A DNA stretch of 64,000 bases from Tubiluchus corallicola (Eukaryota; Animalia; Priapulida), in the NCBI GenBank assembly GCA_030141605.1, contig JAQGDQ010000226.1, positions 1 through 64,000 on the forward strand. Direction: 5' to 3'. Below the pieces are notes generated by a model. It saw only the letters and a list, made by a program, of their open reading frames with translations. It made no database searches and had not been told where the DNA came from. Position numbers and translations under genes: made by a program. Shown one piece after another: positions 12,543 through 27,177 of the stretch (position 1 is its first letter; each line of letters opens with the position of its first letter).

Positions 12543-13006
12543 GATGCAAGTTACAGCAAATTGCATTATTGAACATTATTAAGATTCTGATTTACAGTCG
12601 ATGTTTTCCTCTTTTATGCTTGTGCCTTTTGTGTATTTAATTGAACATTACAAGTGTCAATTATCGGATTTTTGCAACAAATTTTTTACGTTTTTAAAGG
12701 TTTGAATATCTATTGAAGAATCAACCAGGACAATGCAAAACTAAAGACGAATTCATTGATGTAAAGTCAGGCAAATTCATACCGCCACGTCTGTTATTGT
12801 ACCCTGCACTAGTTGAACGAATGCAGAAATTTCCATTCCCGTTTGAGTTAGAAGACGGGGATCTTTACGTCATTTACGTTTTTCTACATAAAGATGACTT
12901 TATGGCGAGAATACTCCGGTATTATTAACCAGTAACGACTAATGTATCGTTTTCATTATGTGTGGAACAAGTATTCAAGTGGTTGGTTGTTCGTGAAGCA
13001 TCCGAA

Positions 13007-13773
13007 TTATGTGTGGGGGGTGTTTTTTTGAAGTTCCCACTGGATATAATAGATTTCGTGTCAGAATGAATGCACATTGTGAGATTAGGTTCCTAGCTGG
13101 CTTGAACCACTGATAAAATTAATAACAATTATGCCTTCTAGGTGTCGTCAAGTTTTCGAAGATATTTACAGCTGCAGTTATGACATCTAATAAATTTCCT
13201 TAATTACATAGCTGGCACCACATTGTAAAATGTGTATGAACATTTGTACCTGCTTTGCGAAGCCTTGACGCCTTGACAACGATAACGATGACGGTGATAG
13301 CGGTAGCGACACCATCACGACAACTTGGAACTGAGCAAAATCCTTATGGAAGTGCAGGATATGCAACTTATACAAGTATAAAGAACGACAGCATTATAGT
13401 ATCCTGCACCGTTTATTGTCTGACATTCAAAATTGTTTGTAACATTAAAAATGATTGATAAATCGCATTTTCTAAAAAGCTGCATAAATTACTGAGTCGT
13501 TGTAATGTATTTTTATTATAGTAAACAGTCATTTTTAGTGAATTAATTTCGTGTGCATTGTCAGTTGTATATAATTATGTAAATAGCGTGTCCTCTTGTA
13601 TGTGTGTGTTTTTGTTGTTGTATACTTTGTTTTATTGTAATTTCAGTAAGTTTAATCTTATGTTTTAATGTGTAGTCTTAATGTCTTATATATTACAGAG
13701 ATTCTCATATCTCTTATATTATATGCATGTTTTACATGGATTTTAAGTCTGAAATAAAAATGTGAATTTGAAG
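13007..13773 (+). mobile_element. Possible old LINE 3' fragment
   Basis: Ends in tctgaaataaaaatgtgaatttgaa (CR1-like tail); flanked by gcatccgaa at 12998-13006 and 13774-13782; no recognisable protein. Confidence 0.35.
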
Positions 13774-14339
13774 GCATCCGAACCAACAATTCGGTTTCGT
13801 CCTTCATGAAGATTTTGTAAATTAACAAACACGTGAGTGTCGCTCATTTAGCCTGTTTTGTATAGATAGATTATTATTATTATTATAATTCTTATTTTTA
13901 TAAACTATGTACAAAATACATTCTCTCTATTTGTAGGGGTATGTTTAAAATTTCTAGAAGCATTTATAACGTATTAAACATATATATAATTTAGAATCTA
14001 ACACAAAGTCTGAGAGAGATCATATACAATAGACATAGTTATAGATTATAATCCATCACAACATACATACATAACAAAAGATAAAGAGCATATTTTAATA
14101 CATAGTAGGAAAATCTACACGCATTACACACAATGAAAAACAACGAGTACAGTTATAATAAATATAATTACCAATTTTAATGCAATTACACATAATCATA
14201 AATAAAAGCAAAACAGCATATAGAAAACACGACGAGAGTTGTACAATTTCATCACCAACAGACTATTTACATACGGGCGAAAAACGATAGGAATTCACTC
14301 GAGATGAGATTTGCAAGAGCATTTATAGCATTCATTATC

Positions 14340-14800
14340 TTGGCTAGAGAAACACATAGTCCGAATCTAACGTAGGCAGAGTGCTAATAAAATCATTTCT
14401 TTTGGCTTGGTTTACTAATGTACATTCAAATAATAAATGATGTACAGACTGACGGCTTAATAAGCAGTTACATGTACTATTAGGAGCATGCCCAATTTTA
14501 TACAAAAATTAATTAAAATTTCCCTGCTTAAGTAATGAACTGAAAGCTAGAACTTCTAATTTTCTCTTGCCCAAAGAGACAGGGAATTGCGTGGGCGTAT
14601 TAAAAACTTTTATCGGGTTAATACTGGTGTTTGTACATTGGTACTTGTGGCGACATCTATTTATCAAGTGTAATTTGACAATATCATCATTTGAGGCAGA
14701 TAGTACTTTCAGAATAAATTTTGTAGCTACTCTTTTAAAGATTAGGTGTATAGCTAGAGGGCTATGCGGTTTGTCAAATGCAAATGCAGGAAAGTACTTC
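14340..14800 (-). mobile_element. Degenerate LINE C-terminal fragment, related to 830-1433
   Basis: Manual minus-strand translation LLKQGNFN*FLYKIGHAPNSTCNCLLSRQSVHHLLFEC (CCHC knuckle, in-frame stop). Confidence 0.7.
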
Positions 14801-14855
14801 TAGCAAGATATATTGCTTTCGGGTCGTATTTAATTGTCATACTTTAATATAATAA

Positions 14856-15066
14856 CTAGCAAAAACCCCGCAAAAGATTTTGCGTATAAATACACGTGTA
14901 ATCAATAATACGCGAACATCCTACCTAGTCCTCATTTATAACACAAAGCCCGTAACATCCTGCCTACTTACCTAACGCAAAGCCAGCACGCAGCTTTTTG
15001 CTGAATTAAAGCTATAAGCAATAATGGATGACGTCACAACAATGGCATTGCGTCAGCAGTTTTCTA
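14856..15066 (-). mobile_element. Helitron 3' end, copy 1 (element may extend to ~16700)
   Basis: On the minus strand the hairpin cgcaaaatcttttgcg lies ~9 nt before terminal CTAG|T; ~200 bp shared with 56747-57003. Confidence 0.7.
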
Positions 15067-15840
15067 TGTAGTTATACAATGTATACCAGCACTGCTGCAT
15101 TTTGGCTGATATTGTAACATACATGGTAGAAATAGTGGAAACACAAAAGAGATTTGGATTTTGCTGACAATAAAAAAGAAGATTCCGAATTCTTTCTACC
15201 AATCAACTAAACAATTTGCGACAGTACTGTAGGTGTGTCATACAGGCTTTGGCTAGTTAAACTGAACTTTTTGCAATAAATAGTCAAAAATCTCAACGTT
15301 TAAATCTTTGAAATCAGGCTGTTACTTCCCCCTTCAATTCTTCACTGTGATTATTTTTTCATCCAAATTTTTCTAACTTTCTTTTCCAATTTCTCCTATC
15401 TTAATCGCACAAGCTAGCCGAATACAGACAACAAAGCGCGTCTGCATATTGATACCATAATTTGACTGAAACACCTTGCTGAATAGTTATTACCAGAGTT
15501 TGACGGAGTAAAGTATGATGTCTTATAAACACGCGTAAGCTCTTAAAAACGGATCGTGTAAACGGTACGTGAGACAGCTACATGAATAATTTTGCAACAC
15601 TGTCGAAGAGGTCTCGTAAGACAATGCACTTAAGTGCATAAATTTACGACGCGTGCATGAATACGAGCCCTGATACTGAAATGTTAAATTAAAAAATTAT
15701 TCCATTACCAGTTGGCTGACATAGCTAGAAGCGGTCAGATCGAGGCTAGAATGTTCATAAAGTTCGCTAACCCGCAATAAAAGATTTATACCTTTGCCCA
15801 TGGCAAAGCTTCGCCCCGGCTGAATAACAAATAACAGATT

Positions 15841-16296
15841 GTATCAACTAGCTAGGGTAGTTATGTTTGATAAATTAAATGCAATACTTCTGCCCGAAAA
15901 CCTTAATATAGCTGCCTTAGGAAATAATGATCTGTTGAAGTTGTTATTATTCGGTAAAGATGAATTTAACTATGTTACTAACTGTAAAATATTCCAATGC
16001 ATACATGACTTTATATTACGTACTAAACGCTTCCAGTAGTTTCCATCTGATATAAAATGCATCATTCATAAATAATCGTACATTAATATTTACTAAATGT
16101 CATTTTTTACTAATGTCTAATGTATCACTGTAGTAAAACTTTAGTATACAAAAGTATACTAAAAACTAAGTATAGTCTATTCTTACTGTAAATGTTCTTG
16201 TAAATAGTGTATAAAGTCTGTTGTGGTGAGGATCTTAAATCATGTTGTACAAACTGTCTGATCTAATCCTAAATAAATTATGTTTAAACTAAACTA
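15841..16296 (+). mobile_element. 5'-truncated CR1/L2-type LINE 3' end with 12-bp TSD
   Basis: Peptide LLLFGKDEFNYVTNCKIFQCIHDFILRTKRF (typical LINE C-terminus), AATAAA plus (TAAAC)n tail, TSD aaataacagatt at 15829-15840 and 16297-16308. Confidence 0.8.
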
Positions 16297-19207
16297 AATA
16301 ACAGATTCACAAAAAGCGGGAACGACAGGTAAATCACGTTAGTTGGCAATAATATTCTTAATGAGCAGTAACTGCAATAACTGTGTGATGTTCTGGTTGA
16401 GTTTGCAGTCGTAAGTACGATAATTTAGTTTTCATGCTGTACAGATTGAGTTATAAATTTTGTAATTGAGATTTGAGAAAAAAGTAATATTTCGAAACTT
16501 TTGTGTTCTATAATAAACGTTCCATATGGTGTGGGTGGTGTGGGGTGATGGATGTGGTATGGTTTGTCATCGCGGGTATATGTGCTAAATGTTTTGTGAA
16601 GCCTTTGCTAGTCGTGTATTTAATTTCGGTGGTATGGGGTTTATATATTTATACTTATATGTATAATAATATATAAGTGTGATAAGATTAAGATATATAT
16701 ATATATATATATCTTATATATCTTAACCTTATCTCGGATAAAGTAAATGACAACACTTATTTCACATTCCTGACAAAACTACTTATTCTTTTATGTAATA
16801 TACCAAAGAGTGTTAAAAATGGTGCCAGTGGTTGTCACACACACAATTCACACTTAAAAGGGGAATTTATATAAACCCTAGGGAGCCTTTATAAAAACTC
16901 GAATAAAATCATATTTTGGAACATGGTGCTTATTAAAGAAATTTAATCAGAACGTTTCAGAATGTTATGTTTTAAATTTAGTTTTGTGAAATATTTAGCA
17001 TTTCAAATCAACCATGTCCTTGTAATAATTCACATATCTAACCAATTTACAATGACTGTGCATTATCAATGCAGCCGAAAATACTAATGGATATTAGCAA
17101 AATGTTCGGATTAAATCTATTTTAATAAGTTTCTGTTTACTCGTAGAAATGAACGAAATAGTTGCAAATTAATATTAGCTGTAAGATTGAATTGTAACTG
17201 CAGCAAATAAAATTAAAATTAAATAAAATTTAAAACTGGATATAGCATGGCAAGCATAAAAATCGTTTTAAATTTTTGTGTAAAGTCACAAAACGTTTAT
17301 TTACATGTAAAGTCATGTAATCTTTTTACACAAAAATCCATTTCAAATCATAAAAATTTATGTAATCAGTGTAATCTTTTATAATCTGTCTAGTTTTAAG
17401 GTTTGAAAATTCTAAATAAGAAACAGTTGATTTTACGAGATCCTCCTTCGAATTTCAAGGCCCATTTACGTGCGTCTGGAATTCTAGTAAACACAACTGT
17501 CCGATCATAGAACCAGATTCCACACGTCTATAATAACTGGAAAGCAAATGGACACACGCGACATATAAAACTATAAGCATATACATTTACAATATTATAA
17601 CGACAAAATATGTCACAGTTACATTAATAATTGAGCATCATTAAGATCAAATAAGTAAAAACTGGTCTACTGTTTACAATTTTACAATTATATGCGATGT
17701 GGTTGTATGTACACTATGGTAGTGCAGGTCGCCATAATGTCACACACTGAATTTATGATTCAACCCATAAAACTCATCAAAGCATGCAGAAGGTGTGATA
17801 AGAATCACAAAAATGCGAAAAGGTAGAGAAAATGATGACCTACAAACATTATTGCGCTATTTTTAGTTACAGAATACGAATTCACAACATGGATCTTAAC
17901 ACGTACATCTTAAGTTTAGCACACGAAGTGTTTAATCATCCTTAGACCTGTACTTGCCCAGGGCATGGCAGCAGGTCTAATTAATTACTTTTGTCATCTG
18001 ACCTATTAAAATTGATGTCTGTATTCTTCTGCTTTTAGTTAATTGAGCCTTTAACATACTCTTTGCAGATGCATAATTGTGCTCATAATGCGGTTAATAA
18101 GTTTTTAGATTGGTTGTTTTTATCGTGTACATATGTACTTTGTTCATATGCTCATTGACTAGACTGCGAAACGAATAAAAATTCATAAGTACCAAAATCT
18201 GCAGCCAGTTGGCCAGTCGGCCAGTCAGTCAGTCAGTCAGCCAGTCAATTAATCAATCAACTAGACAAATGCTCGGTTCACCCGGTTTCACTCCTAGTTT
18301 GACTTAAATCACCTGTCAGCAAATTAGTCGAATGATTGTATTGCATAGTGTTGCTGACGATTGTGTATGCAGTTGGCCAAGATATATTTACTAGAATGGA
18401 AATAAATAAAACAGCTTTAATTAACAACATTATAATGTATATGCTAATAAGTTTTTATTTTTTATCAAACACATATTTTATTTTACATGATGTTATAACG
18501 TTACTTCGTCATTTATGTAGTGATAAATTTGCAAATAAGATTACAAATAAATAAATAAATAATTATCAATGAGTTAATCTAGTCTCTAAATTAAAATGCA
18601 TCCAATTAGTTAGAAAGTAGTCTGTACGTCCATCGTAAGTAAACTAACATTTTAAAATACTACTCAGAACAAATAAATATCTATTTTTAGAGTAAGAGGT
18701 TGTTTAAACGAATTTATAACCTACAATGTGCACCAAATACGTGTTACGCATAATGGGGACGCGATAATATTTTTTGGGCCCTATTCTGCACTTTCAATTA
18801 TTCGTTTTAGTCTCACAAGTGACCCATATTTGTAAAGGCATTTACCAGAAATGTCATTAAAAATCAAACACGTGTTACACACACACTGTAGCACTATTTA
18901 TTTCTCATAGTTAATTTCATAATACCACTCCGAGGCTAAGTGTGAGTGTGTAGAGTAATCAAGAACAAGGTGAGTTCTGTAGCTTTATATTATTCACACT
19001 TATTGCGGACGACAATTTTTATTTTAGATGGTAGAAGAGAGTAAGTGAAAAAAATGAATTCAAGAAAAGAAAAATCGAGGAAGTGCCTTCAAAAAAGTCG
19101 CCTAAAAGTTATATGTCATAGACTCAGGAATGAGTAATTATTAATCTCAATAAATGAAAACATCCCGCATTAAAAAAGACAAGGAAAAAGAAAGGACACA
19201 ACACTTA

Positions 19208-19660
19208 AAGATAAGATAAGACAAGACAAGACAAGACAAGACAAGACAAGACAAGACAAGACAAGACAAGACAAGACAAGACAAGACAAGACAAGACAAG
19301 ACAAGACAAGACAAGACAAGGCAAGGCAAGGCAAGGCAAGGCAAGGCAAGGCAAGACAAGACAAGACAAGACAAGACAAGACAAGACAAGACAAGACAAG
19401 ACAAGACAAGACAAGACAAGACAAGACAAGACAAGACAAGACAAGACAAGACAAGACAAGACAAGACAAGACAAGACAAGACAAGACAAGACAAGACAAG
19501 ACAAGACAAGACAAGACAAGACAAGACAAGACAAGACAAGACAAGACAAGACAAGACAAGACAAGATACAAGACAAGATAAGTAAGATGAGATGAGATGA
19601 GATGAGATGAGATGAGATAAGATGAGATAAGATAAGTTAGATAAGATAAGATAAGATAAA
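19208..19660. repeat. Compound pentanucleotide microsatellite (AAGAC/AAGGC/GAGAT/AAGAT)n
   Basis: Directly visible; explains the SCLVL ORFs. Confidence 0.99.
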
Positions 19661-20653
19661 CATTTAATTTTACGTCGATTTTAAAAACACTACAAGCTGC
19701 AAGAGTTTATGTCACCGACGAATGACGTTAGCGTCACCAATGATGAAACACTTCGAACTACCAGTGTAGTACTTCTTCAAGTGATCTTTCTTTTTCTATT
19801 TTTGCTATTTCAATTGATTTTTATTTTATCTTAAGTTCAACTGCAATTTACAAAGGGCAACACACCACAAACAATTCAATTTTATGTACCTGTCACAATA
19901 ATACAGCACAGACACTTATATTCGCACTCAATGTAAACCTCACTCTCAAGTTTTAGCAGTACAGTTTATTCAGGTATGTCAATTTATTTGTTTTAGTTTG
20001 GTTAATTAGCTTCTATTCCGGCAGAGCTATTGTATAATGCTTGGTTTTCTCTTACGATGCAGTCGCTTTTACCTTTCCTAACTTATTATATTTTAGATCA
20101 ATGTTAGTGAGCTACCATTTTTTTGTTTATTTTCTTTCTTCACACTGGTACATACTTTCTGTAATTTTCAGGCTGATGAGGCATATTAGGGCGTAAGCTT
20201 CTGAAATAAATAAATAAACAAACAAATAAATAATCTATTGTGAGACTATACAGGGCATCCAAAACTTATTTCAGCACGATGGAGTTTTTATTTATATTAT
20301 TAATACATAAAATTAAGCAACACAGAAGCACAGCAAATAAATAACACATACGTATCAAATCACTGGTCACCGTCACAGAACAGAGTGAGATACAACAAAA
20401 ACTGAATTACATGTAATAACTTCACACTGCAAAAATTAGTTTCATGTGATTTATTTACCTTTTTTCATTTGAAGATAAAGTACAGTGTTACTTTGAAACG
20501 TCATGTTTTTCCATATTTTCCCTTGTTTTGTAATTGTGGGATTATTTTACTCACCTGTCACTATTCCTACCTTTAAGAATTATTTTGCGTTATGCTGAGC
20601 TGAGAACAATATGAAATATATTCTTCAGCTCTATTTGCTCACAAACGTATAGG

Positions 20654-20980
20654 TGATAGTGGACGACGATTATGGTGACGATGATTACGGTGATGATGAT
20701 AATATGATGCTGACGATGACGAAAAAGATTGTGACAGTTAATGACAATGATGACTGCACCTATGATAATAAGAATGGACATAATAAGCTACCACATTTGG
20801 TGATTATTAGGGTAATGAAAAAAGTCACTGATAATGATGATAATGACGATGATAAAGATGACAATGCTGATGTAGCTGTTGTTGTACACGATATTGATGA
20901 TGATGGTGATGGTGATGGTAGTTGTTGTGGTGATGGTGATAGTAGTGGTGGTGTTGGTGGTGGCGATGTTAATGATGATG
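20654..20980. repeat. Degenerate (GAT/GGT)n low-complexity tract
   Basis: Asp/Gly-rich pseudo-ORFs arise from trinucleotide slippage. Confidence 0.7.
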
Positions 20981-21138
20981 GCGCTCGTGTGTTGCTTTAA
21001 TTTTTCAAGAGTTGTAGATCAGATAGAAACTTGGAAACTCTATCTTTCAAGGCATACTATGATACTTTTAAATTAACTTACCAAAGTGTATCACCATTAC
21101 CTTTAATAACTTATACATATATTTTCCTTTTTACAGTC

Positions 21139-21223
21139 ATGATGTTGAGAAAACCACGGTGGCTCGTTTTAACTTTCGTTCTGTTTTTTGTACCCGGAAT
21201 TGTGCAGGCACAAGATGACATTG
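21139..21223 (+). CDS. Short-chain collagen, coding exon 1 (signal peptide)
   Basis: Acceptor ttttacag|tc then ATG; MMLRKPRWLVLTFVLFFVPGIVQA-QDDI signal peptide; donor G|gtatgc, phase 1. Confidence 0.75.
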
Positions 21224-23021
21224 GTATGCAAATACAGAAAGTGCTTAACTTTAATCATGATACCTGAATTTTTAGCAAATGACTCTGGATATTGATTGGT
21301 GATATTGGTAACTGGAAAAGGAATTACTAAAATAAAAATAACAGCCGGCACCCACTTAAACAAAGACACAGCTTTTATTCAAACATACGAGCTTTTATTC
21401 TGCCCATATGCAAACTTTCTACATGTCAAGATAGAAACGTACATGTCAAGACAGATAACATTTCAAGATAGAAAACGCTACTTAATAGGCCCCTTCAGGT
21501 TATAAATCTACACCCTAATAAATCCATTTAGTTGTTCACCAAGGTGAGTTTACTAAGCGAAGTATATTGCATTTCGAAAGGCTGCCGAAAGAGTTTACAT
21601 CTTTTAAATAAATATGAGTTTGTAAGCATTTTACCAGACAATGACACGTTTATAAATAATGCTATATTCAGCATAGATTTTTTAGCTAACCAGTTGCAGT
21701 GTAACAGCATTTCTGCATTTAGGGCGTGGGCCGAAGTGACCTGGCCCTCCCCCTTTCACGGTAATAATGAAATTATGAGTCACGAGCATGAGGTGACATA
21801 CTGAAATTTAAACTAGTGAACTTACCTGCTTCTAGCAACGGCAAAATGGTCTAAAATGCAGTAAAATGCATGTGTGGCCCAGACGTCTTGTCCGGTGGGA
21901 AAAATTAGTACGCACGCAACTTATTGTATGGACAATGGGTGGACTGTAAACTTAACAGTTTCAGATCAGTTCTATGTTTGACTATCCACATTTTGCTCGG
22001 CAGATAATCTTGACACTACATAAATTAAGCTTAAGTAATGGGCCATCCGCAGCAGTGTATTATGAACTTGCTTTTAAGATATATGACTACTACAATAGAA
22101 TATAGTGAATATTGCCTAGGTAAATGTAGGTAAAATATATTTATTAAAGCAGAATTTTTCACATTTGAGGAAGTCTATTTACCAGAATTTAGATCTCATT
22201 TGAGGCCTCCAAAATATGCTTACATACAGGAAAATCTGTTTGTGAGAGCCTACAGCGCTCCCCCCAGACCCACTAGCTGCTTAGACGTAATTTTTTTAAA
22301 CTTTGGCGGCGCTGTTTATCTGCCATAATCAGACAAATACTAATGCATGAAAGTTTTTTTATTAACGGAAGGAGTCGTTATTATGCATACAATATAAACT
22401 GTGTACAAGAACTTGGTAACGTATCAGTCACTATATTATTAGTCGTGTTAAACTTAAAAATTTAAGAATTATGTCCAGAATTTGGCGCCCTAGGCAACTG
22501 CCTAGTTTGCTTAGTGGTAGATACGGTCCTGACAATCATATCATCCACAAAAACTCATTTGTGAACTCAGCCCGTCCTGATGTGTCCTTAATGCAGTGTT
22601 ATCTTGTCCATCAATTTTACAAATACTCTGTATACATGTCATACAAGACAGTTTAATGATTACCACGTTCCGCCAGTAAGAACCGATGTAATTAGATATT
22701 TCATTGCGTACAAAAGTCTCCATTGTTATAGAACAATCTGCACGGTGACGTCAAATAATTAAACTGTCTTCATGTTTAAGTTTTAAAGAAAAGGTAAATG
22801 GTATTTTATGATATACAATACCGTTTCATGCCTTTATGGGTAAGCTTTTTATAATAACTATTTACATGCTTTATTTTACTTTCGTAAAATTATGGCTGTC
22901 TTAGCCCGCCATAAGTTACAATGCTTTTATTACTTTTTAATATTTGTATTTTTATTTCTTTTACTAATGTAAGTATCCGATATGTATAATATATAATATA
23001 TTGTATATGCATATAAATTAT

Positions 23022-23061
23022 TGTGTGTGCGTGCGTGCGTGTGTGTGTGTGTGTGTGTGTG
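23022..23061. repeat. (GT)n/(GTGC)n microsatellite
   Basis: Directly visible. Confidence 0.9.
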
Positions 23062-23376
23062 ATTGTTTCGGGTCAATAGATCAATAAATCAGTACAAAGC
23101 AGCTTAATCAAATATGGTTATAGCTTTCGAATCTCTGCCAGTGTATTTGAGAGTTTGTGACAATCGTTTGCTTTTCGACTTCAGCACTGTAAAAATTATT
23201 CAAATAAGTAACCCAATTTGGTAATAATAAATAGAGGCTTCTCTACCTTCATTTCCCTTCATTAATATCAGCTTTTTTGCACGCCACATTAAAAAAAACG
23301 TCAAATAAATCAGACATTTTGCTAAAAAGAACGGGAATTCGTTGTATGTTTAACGCCTTTTGGCCGTATTTTTTAG

Positions 23377-23487
23377 ATGATGACCAGGACACAGAGAGTG
23401 ATCTACGACAGGTAGCTGAGTTGTTCCCTGATTCGTTAGGTCGACGAGGCGGTCGTGGCGGTCGTGGCGGTCGGGGTTATGGCAGAG
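23377..23487 (+). CDS. Short-chain collagen, coding exon 2 (acidic segment + RGG repeats)
   Basis: tttttag|...G|gtaagt; 111 nt, phase 1-1; DDDQDTESDLRQVAELFPDSLGRRGGRGGRGGRGYGR. Confidence 0.75.
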
Positions 23488-26400
23488 GTAAGTAACTTAT
23501 AACTGTTATGAAACCCGTCAATTGATATTGGAGAAAAAGCGCAAAAAGTAAAACCAAAACTGATAATTCCGAAGTATCAAAGGTTCCTGATAAGTTGGGA
23601 AACGATATTGGTAAACTGAATAACAAGTTAATTGAACTACACGTTGTCGCATACGTACTGCCAGTGGTACCATAAATACAGAAAAATGTGTTGGTGGCCG
23701 GGCCGGACGCCCCCGAGGGAACTAGCTCCCACAGACCACTTGGCTGTTTGTGCGTCAAATTTTTTAAACTCTGGCGGCGCCCGTGCATGTTGCTAACCTA
23801 TATTATGTTTTCGTCAGATAATTCTTTCCTTTAATGTAATACTTTCCGTTTGGTGTAAAGAAGCCAGTTTATCTAGTTGTGTGAGCGTTCATAAGTAACC
23901 TTGCACCTGCCTTTACCTATTTTCGTTGACGTGGAGAACGCACGGTAATTTCACACCTAGTTTTGAAGTGTAATATTTTTATAGGGGTGTTTTCGCATTA
24001 ATGTTAGCTTTGATTTTCTGGTATACAGTTTAAATTCAAGAGTGGAAAATTTTTTGCAACCAGCAGAAGCTATTCATTGAACATCTTTGTACGTTATAAG
24101 CTTATGCGACGTGCGCTATACGGCAAATTAAACATCTATCTTCAAAGCCGTTAATCGTGACATTGCACGTCAGAGCTCTTGTACAGCTGATAACCCCATG
24201 AGCCAATAACAATTTAAGTGTTTTGGTTTATGCAGAATTTTAACACAGCTGCTTAAAGCAAGTTATCCTATATACAAATCAGGCGCGCACCAGCACAAAA
24301 TGGCCCATATTTCACAAGTTTTACAGGTGATCACATTTTACCTGTAATAAATGTGTACAGGTTGGTCCAGAAGTTGATATACAAATAAAATTACCCTATA
24401 CGGCTAATACTAGATACTAGATTATCATAGTACTGTATGGCTCGAAAATTTAATTACATAAATTAAACTGGTACAAGGTGGACAAAAAATTCACGAGATT
24501 TCTTTGTTTTTGAAATATTAGAATGAAAAGTTTAAGTATAAATATGTCGGGGGAAATAAAACAATACACATTGGAAGAATTGTCTAGTTTTACAAAATCT
24601 CAGTTACAAAAAATATTAAAGGAATGTGGGGACAAAGCTCCACATTAAAATATGACATCATATATAGAGTTTTGTGGCATCGAGCCAGAGAGAATGTGAT
24701 TAACATTATGAATAGTTCCCGACTGTTTTACTTTGACTTTCCCTTTCTTGTTCCCGTATGCTTGCACTTTCCCCGAGTTTCACATTCCACAAGAATTTCA
24801 TCCTCGTTGAGGTGTTGCCGATATTTCTTTGTTTGCACCAGCACTTAAAATATGAAATTAGTATTATAATAATTTAATTTGCATATAATTTGAATCCACA
24901 ATATCTTTACCAACTTAGAAGCTGTGTTTTACTGTTATCGAGAAAAGAACTTGGTTTCCAGAATTTGTGAATATATAAAAAGAACGACATTTAATTTCGA
25001 GAAGAAAAAAGCTAGAATGTGTTAGCTGTTAAGACAATAACGGGCGAGACTGTCCTACCAGAAGAACTGTACTGTCCTCCCACAGCTTGAGTTAAACAAA
25101 AGGATAGACTTTTGAACAACATTCGAAGCTGACGACATCATTGTTGAATAAGTCATTAAACTAGCCAGCAAGGAACTTGATTTTTATAGCATTCTGCCTT
25201 ATGCATTATTTGTATCAAAGCTGCAGACGCCCATTGTGCTGAAATCAAGGTGATTGATATAGGTGATACAGTGAAGATACACCAAATTATCACTCCAGAC
25301 ATGATATACTTATTGCGCATATACTTACTTGATGTATTACTGTCAGTTCGTATTAAGCTGAACAAAAACCATGCAGAAAATAACTAGGCTGTCTGGACTC
25401 CTTCCAGACGTGTACATACATTTACCCGTCATCTGTGACGAGTAAAAACAATGCCTTATGAACTAAACTTTCAAATTTAAAACCTGAAATTTGGAAACGA
25501 AACGGCTAACATACAAGAAAATTATATTAGAACAAAAAAAACTTGTGTTGTTTTTTTCGTTTTCAGCAGAACTTTGAAGACGTTTTTCGCAAACTGATGC
25601 ATAAAAATTCTGGTTCATGCTTATCCAGCAACTCAGCCTAGCAGCGACGTTGATTTGCCCTGCGCTAATTAGCTCAGGGTATTATTATATTATTAGCACA
25701 CGTGATGTTCTTTTGCTTCGGAATGTACAAGATGCTTTTGAATGTAAGAAAATGAAAAAAATATTAACAGTGTTTTGTAGTATCTTCATAAAATTTGATG
25801 CAATTTCTTAGTTGGGTTTATCACTTGGGCAGTAATTAGTTATATGTTTACAGTGGGATATTTTCTGTATGTTTCATTTGTTAGCGGCACTGTATGTACG
25901 CTATCAAATTTCCAGGGGCAAGTGTATATAATGCCTTAGCGCATTTGAACAGCTATCAAATATACAAACTTAGAGGGATCTGAATACTTTTTGCGAAATT
26001 TTACACAGAAATGAAAATGGTCTACAGTTTTTATGTTGAACAGTTTTAGATACAAGCGGTCACTTGAAAAATAGACCGCTTTTAAATGAAAGTTACGTGA
26101 AAATTTTATAAAGATATTAGTGCAAACCTTATATGCAAACCTTATATTTTCTGAAAGAGAATTAAATTACCTTTATAGCACTGCAAATTTAATGTTTAGA
26201 TTTTTTTACTCAATGGAGTAATTAACAGCACTTTTTCGAATATTCCTTATAGTTCAAACAATCCAAAAATACTTTATCACCAAGCTTCAGATTACTTAAA
26301 TGAAATAATAAATAAATTTCGCCGAAATATAGACTATTTTGCCAACGGTGGTCCATCTCGTCTAAAACCTACAAGGCAATTGTATAGCAGTTTTTTTCAA

Positions 26401-27177
26401 AAGGGTATAAGAATTTAGAACTCTTTACCCAAAGATTTTAGAGAAACATATACTTCCAAAATTTCGTTCAAAATCAAAGTACTTACCTTTTGGAATCTTC
26501 TCACAAAAATATTATGTCCTCGATACAATGATGTTCGGGCTAACGAAATATTTATTAATAGATGTATTGTAAGTTTTCCTCAGTTAAAATGTGACATTTT
26601 TATTAGAAACTTAATTGACGACATCTAATGTAGCTGCGATGATTTTATAGAAAGTTCTTGCCATTACTTTTTCGAATGCGTAGAGTATGACAGCATTAGA
26701 ACGGCTTTATTCGGCTACCTACTCGACCACCGGAATGTAACACGCGAATCCTGTAATTTTATACAGAACCATATACGAAAAATTCAAAACTGATCATCAA
26801 TCTTGCTTTATTATCCATGGTTTATTACAGCTGTTTATTAAATCAACCTTTCGCTTTACAATACAATAGAATTTACTGTTAAACTTACTGTGCAATTTAT
26901 TTTTATTATTACTGTTGTTATTAATAACAAATTTAACTAACAAAATAACTAATTTATGAAAGCAATGACGATTGACGCCAAAGATGACGAGGTAAACCAA
27001 TTAAATTTTATTAAAAAAATGTCATAATTTGTGAGAGTAATGATATAACCTGAATAAGTAAATGATTACAAAGTAATGAAATGGTCTAATTTAAAAGACA
27101 TACATAACCATTAGCAGAAATGACTAGAGCTTCTTAATTGAATTATGTCAGTGTCATTCCCGAACGTGGTTATTCTA

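Noticed and set aside
16681-16733. Palindrome gataagattaagatatata...tatatcttaaccttatc
   Set aside because: Centred on a (TA)n tract that is self-complementary by nature; probably transposon-end debris
24543-26100. Possible decayed DNA-transposon gene (SAP-like peptide LEELSSFTKSQLQKILKECG)
   Set aside because: Short, stop-ridden, with no catalytic motif or termini that I can confirm
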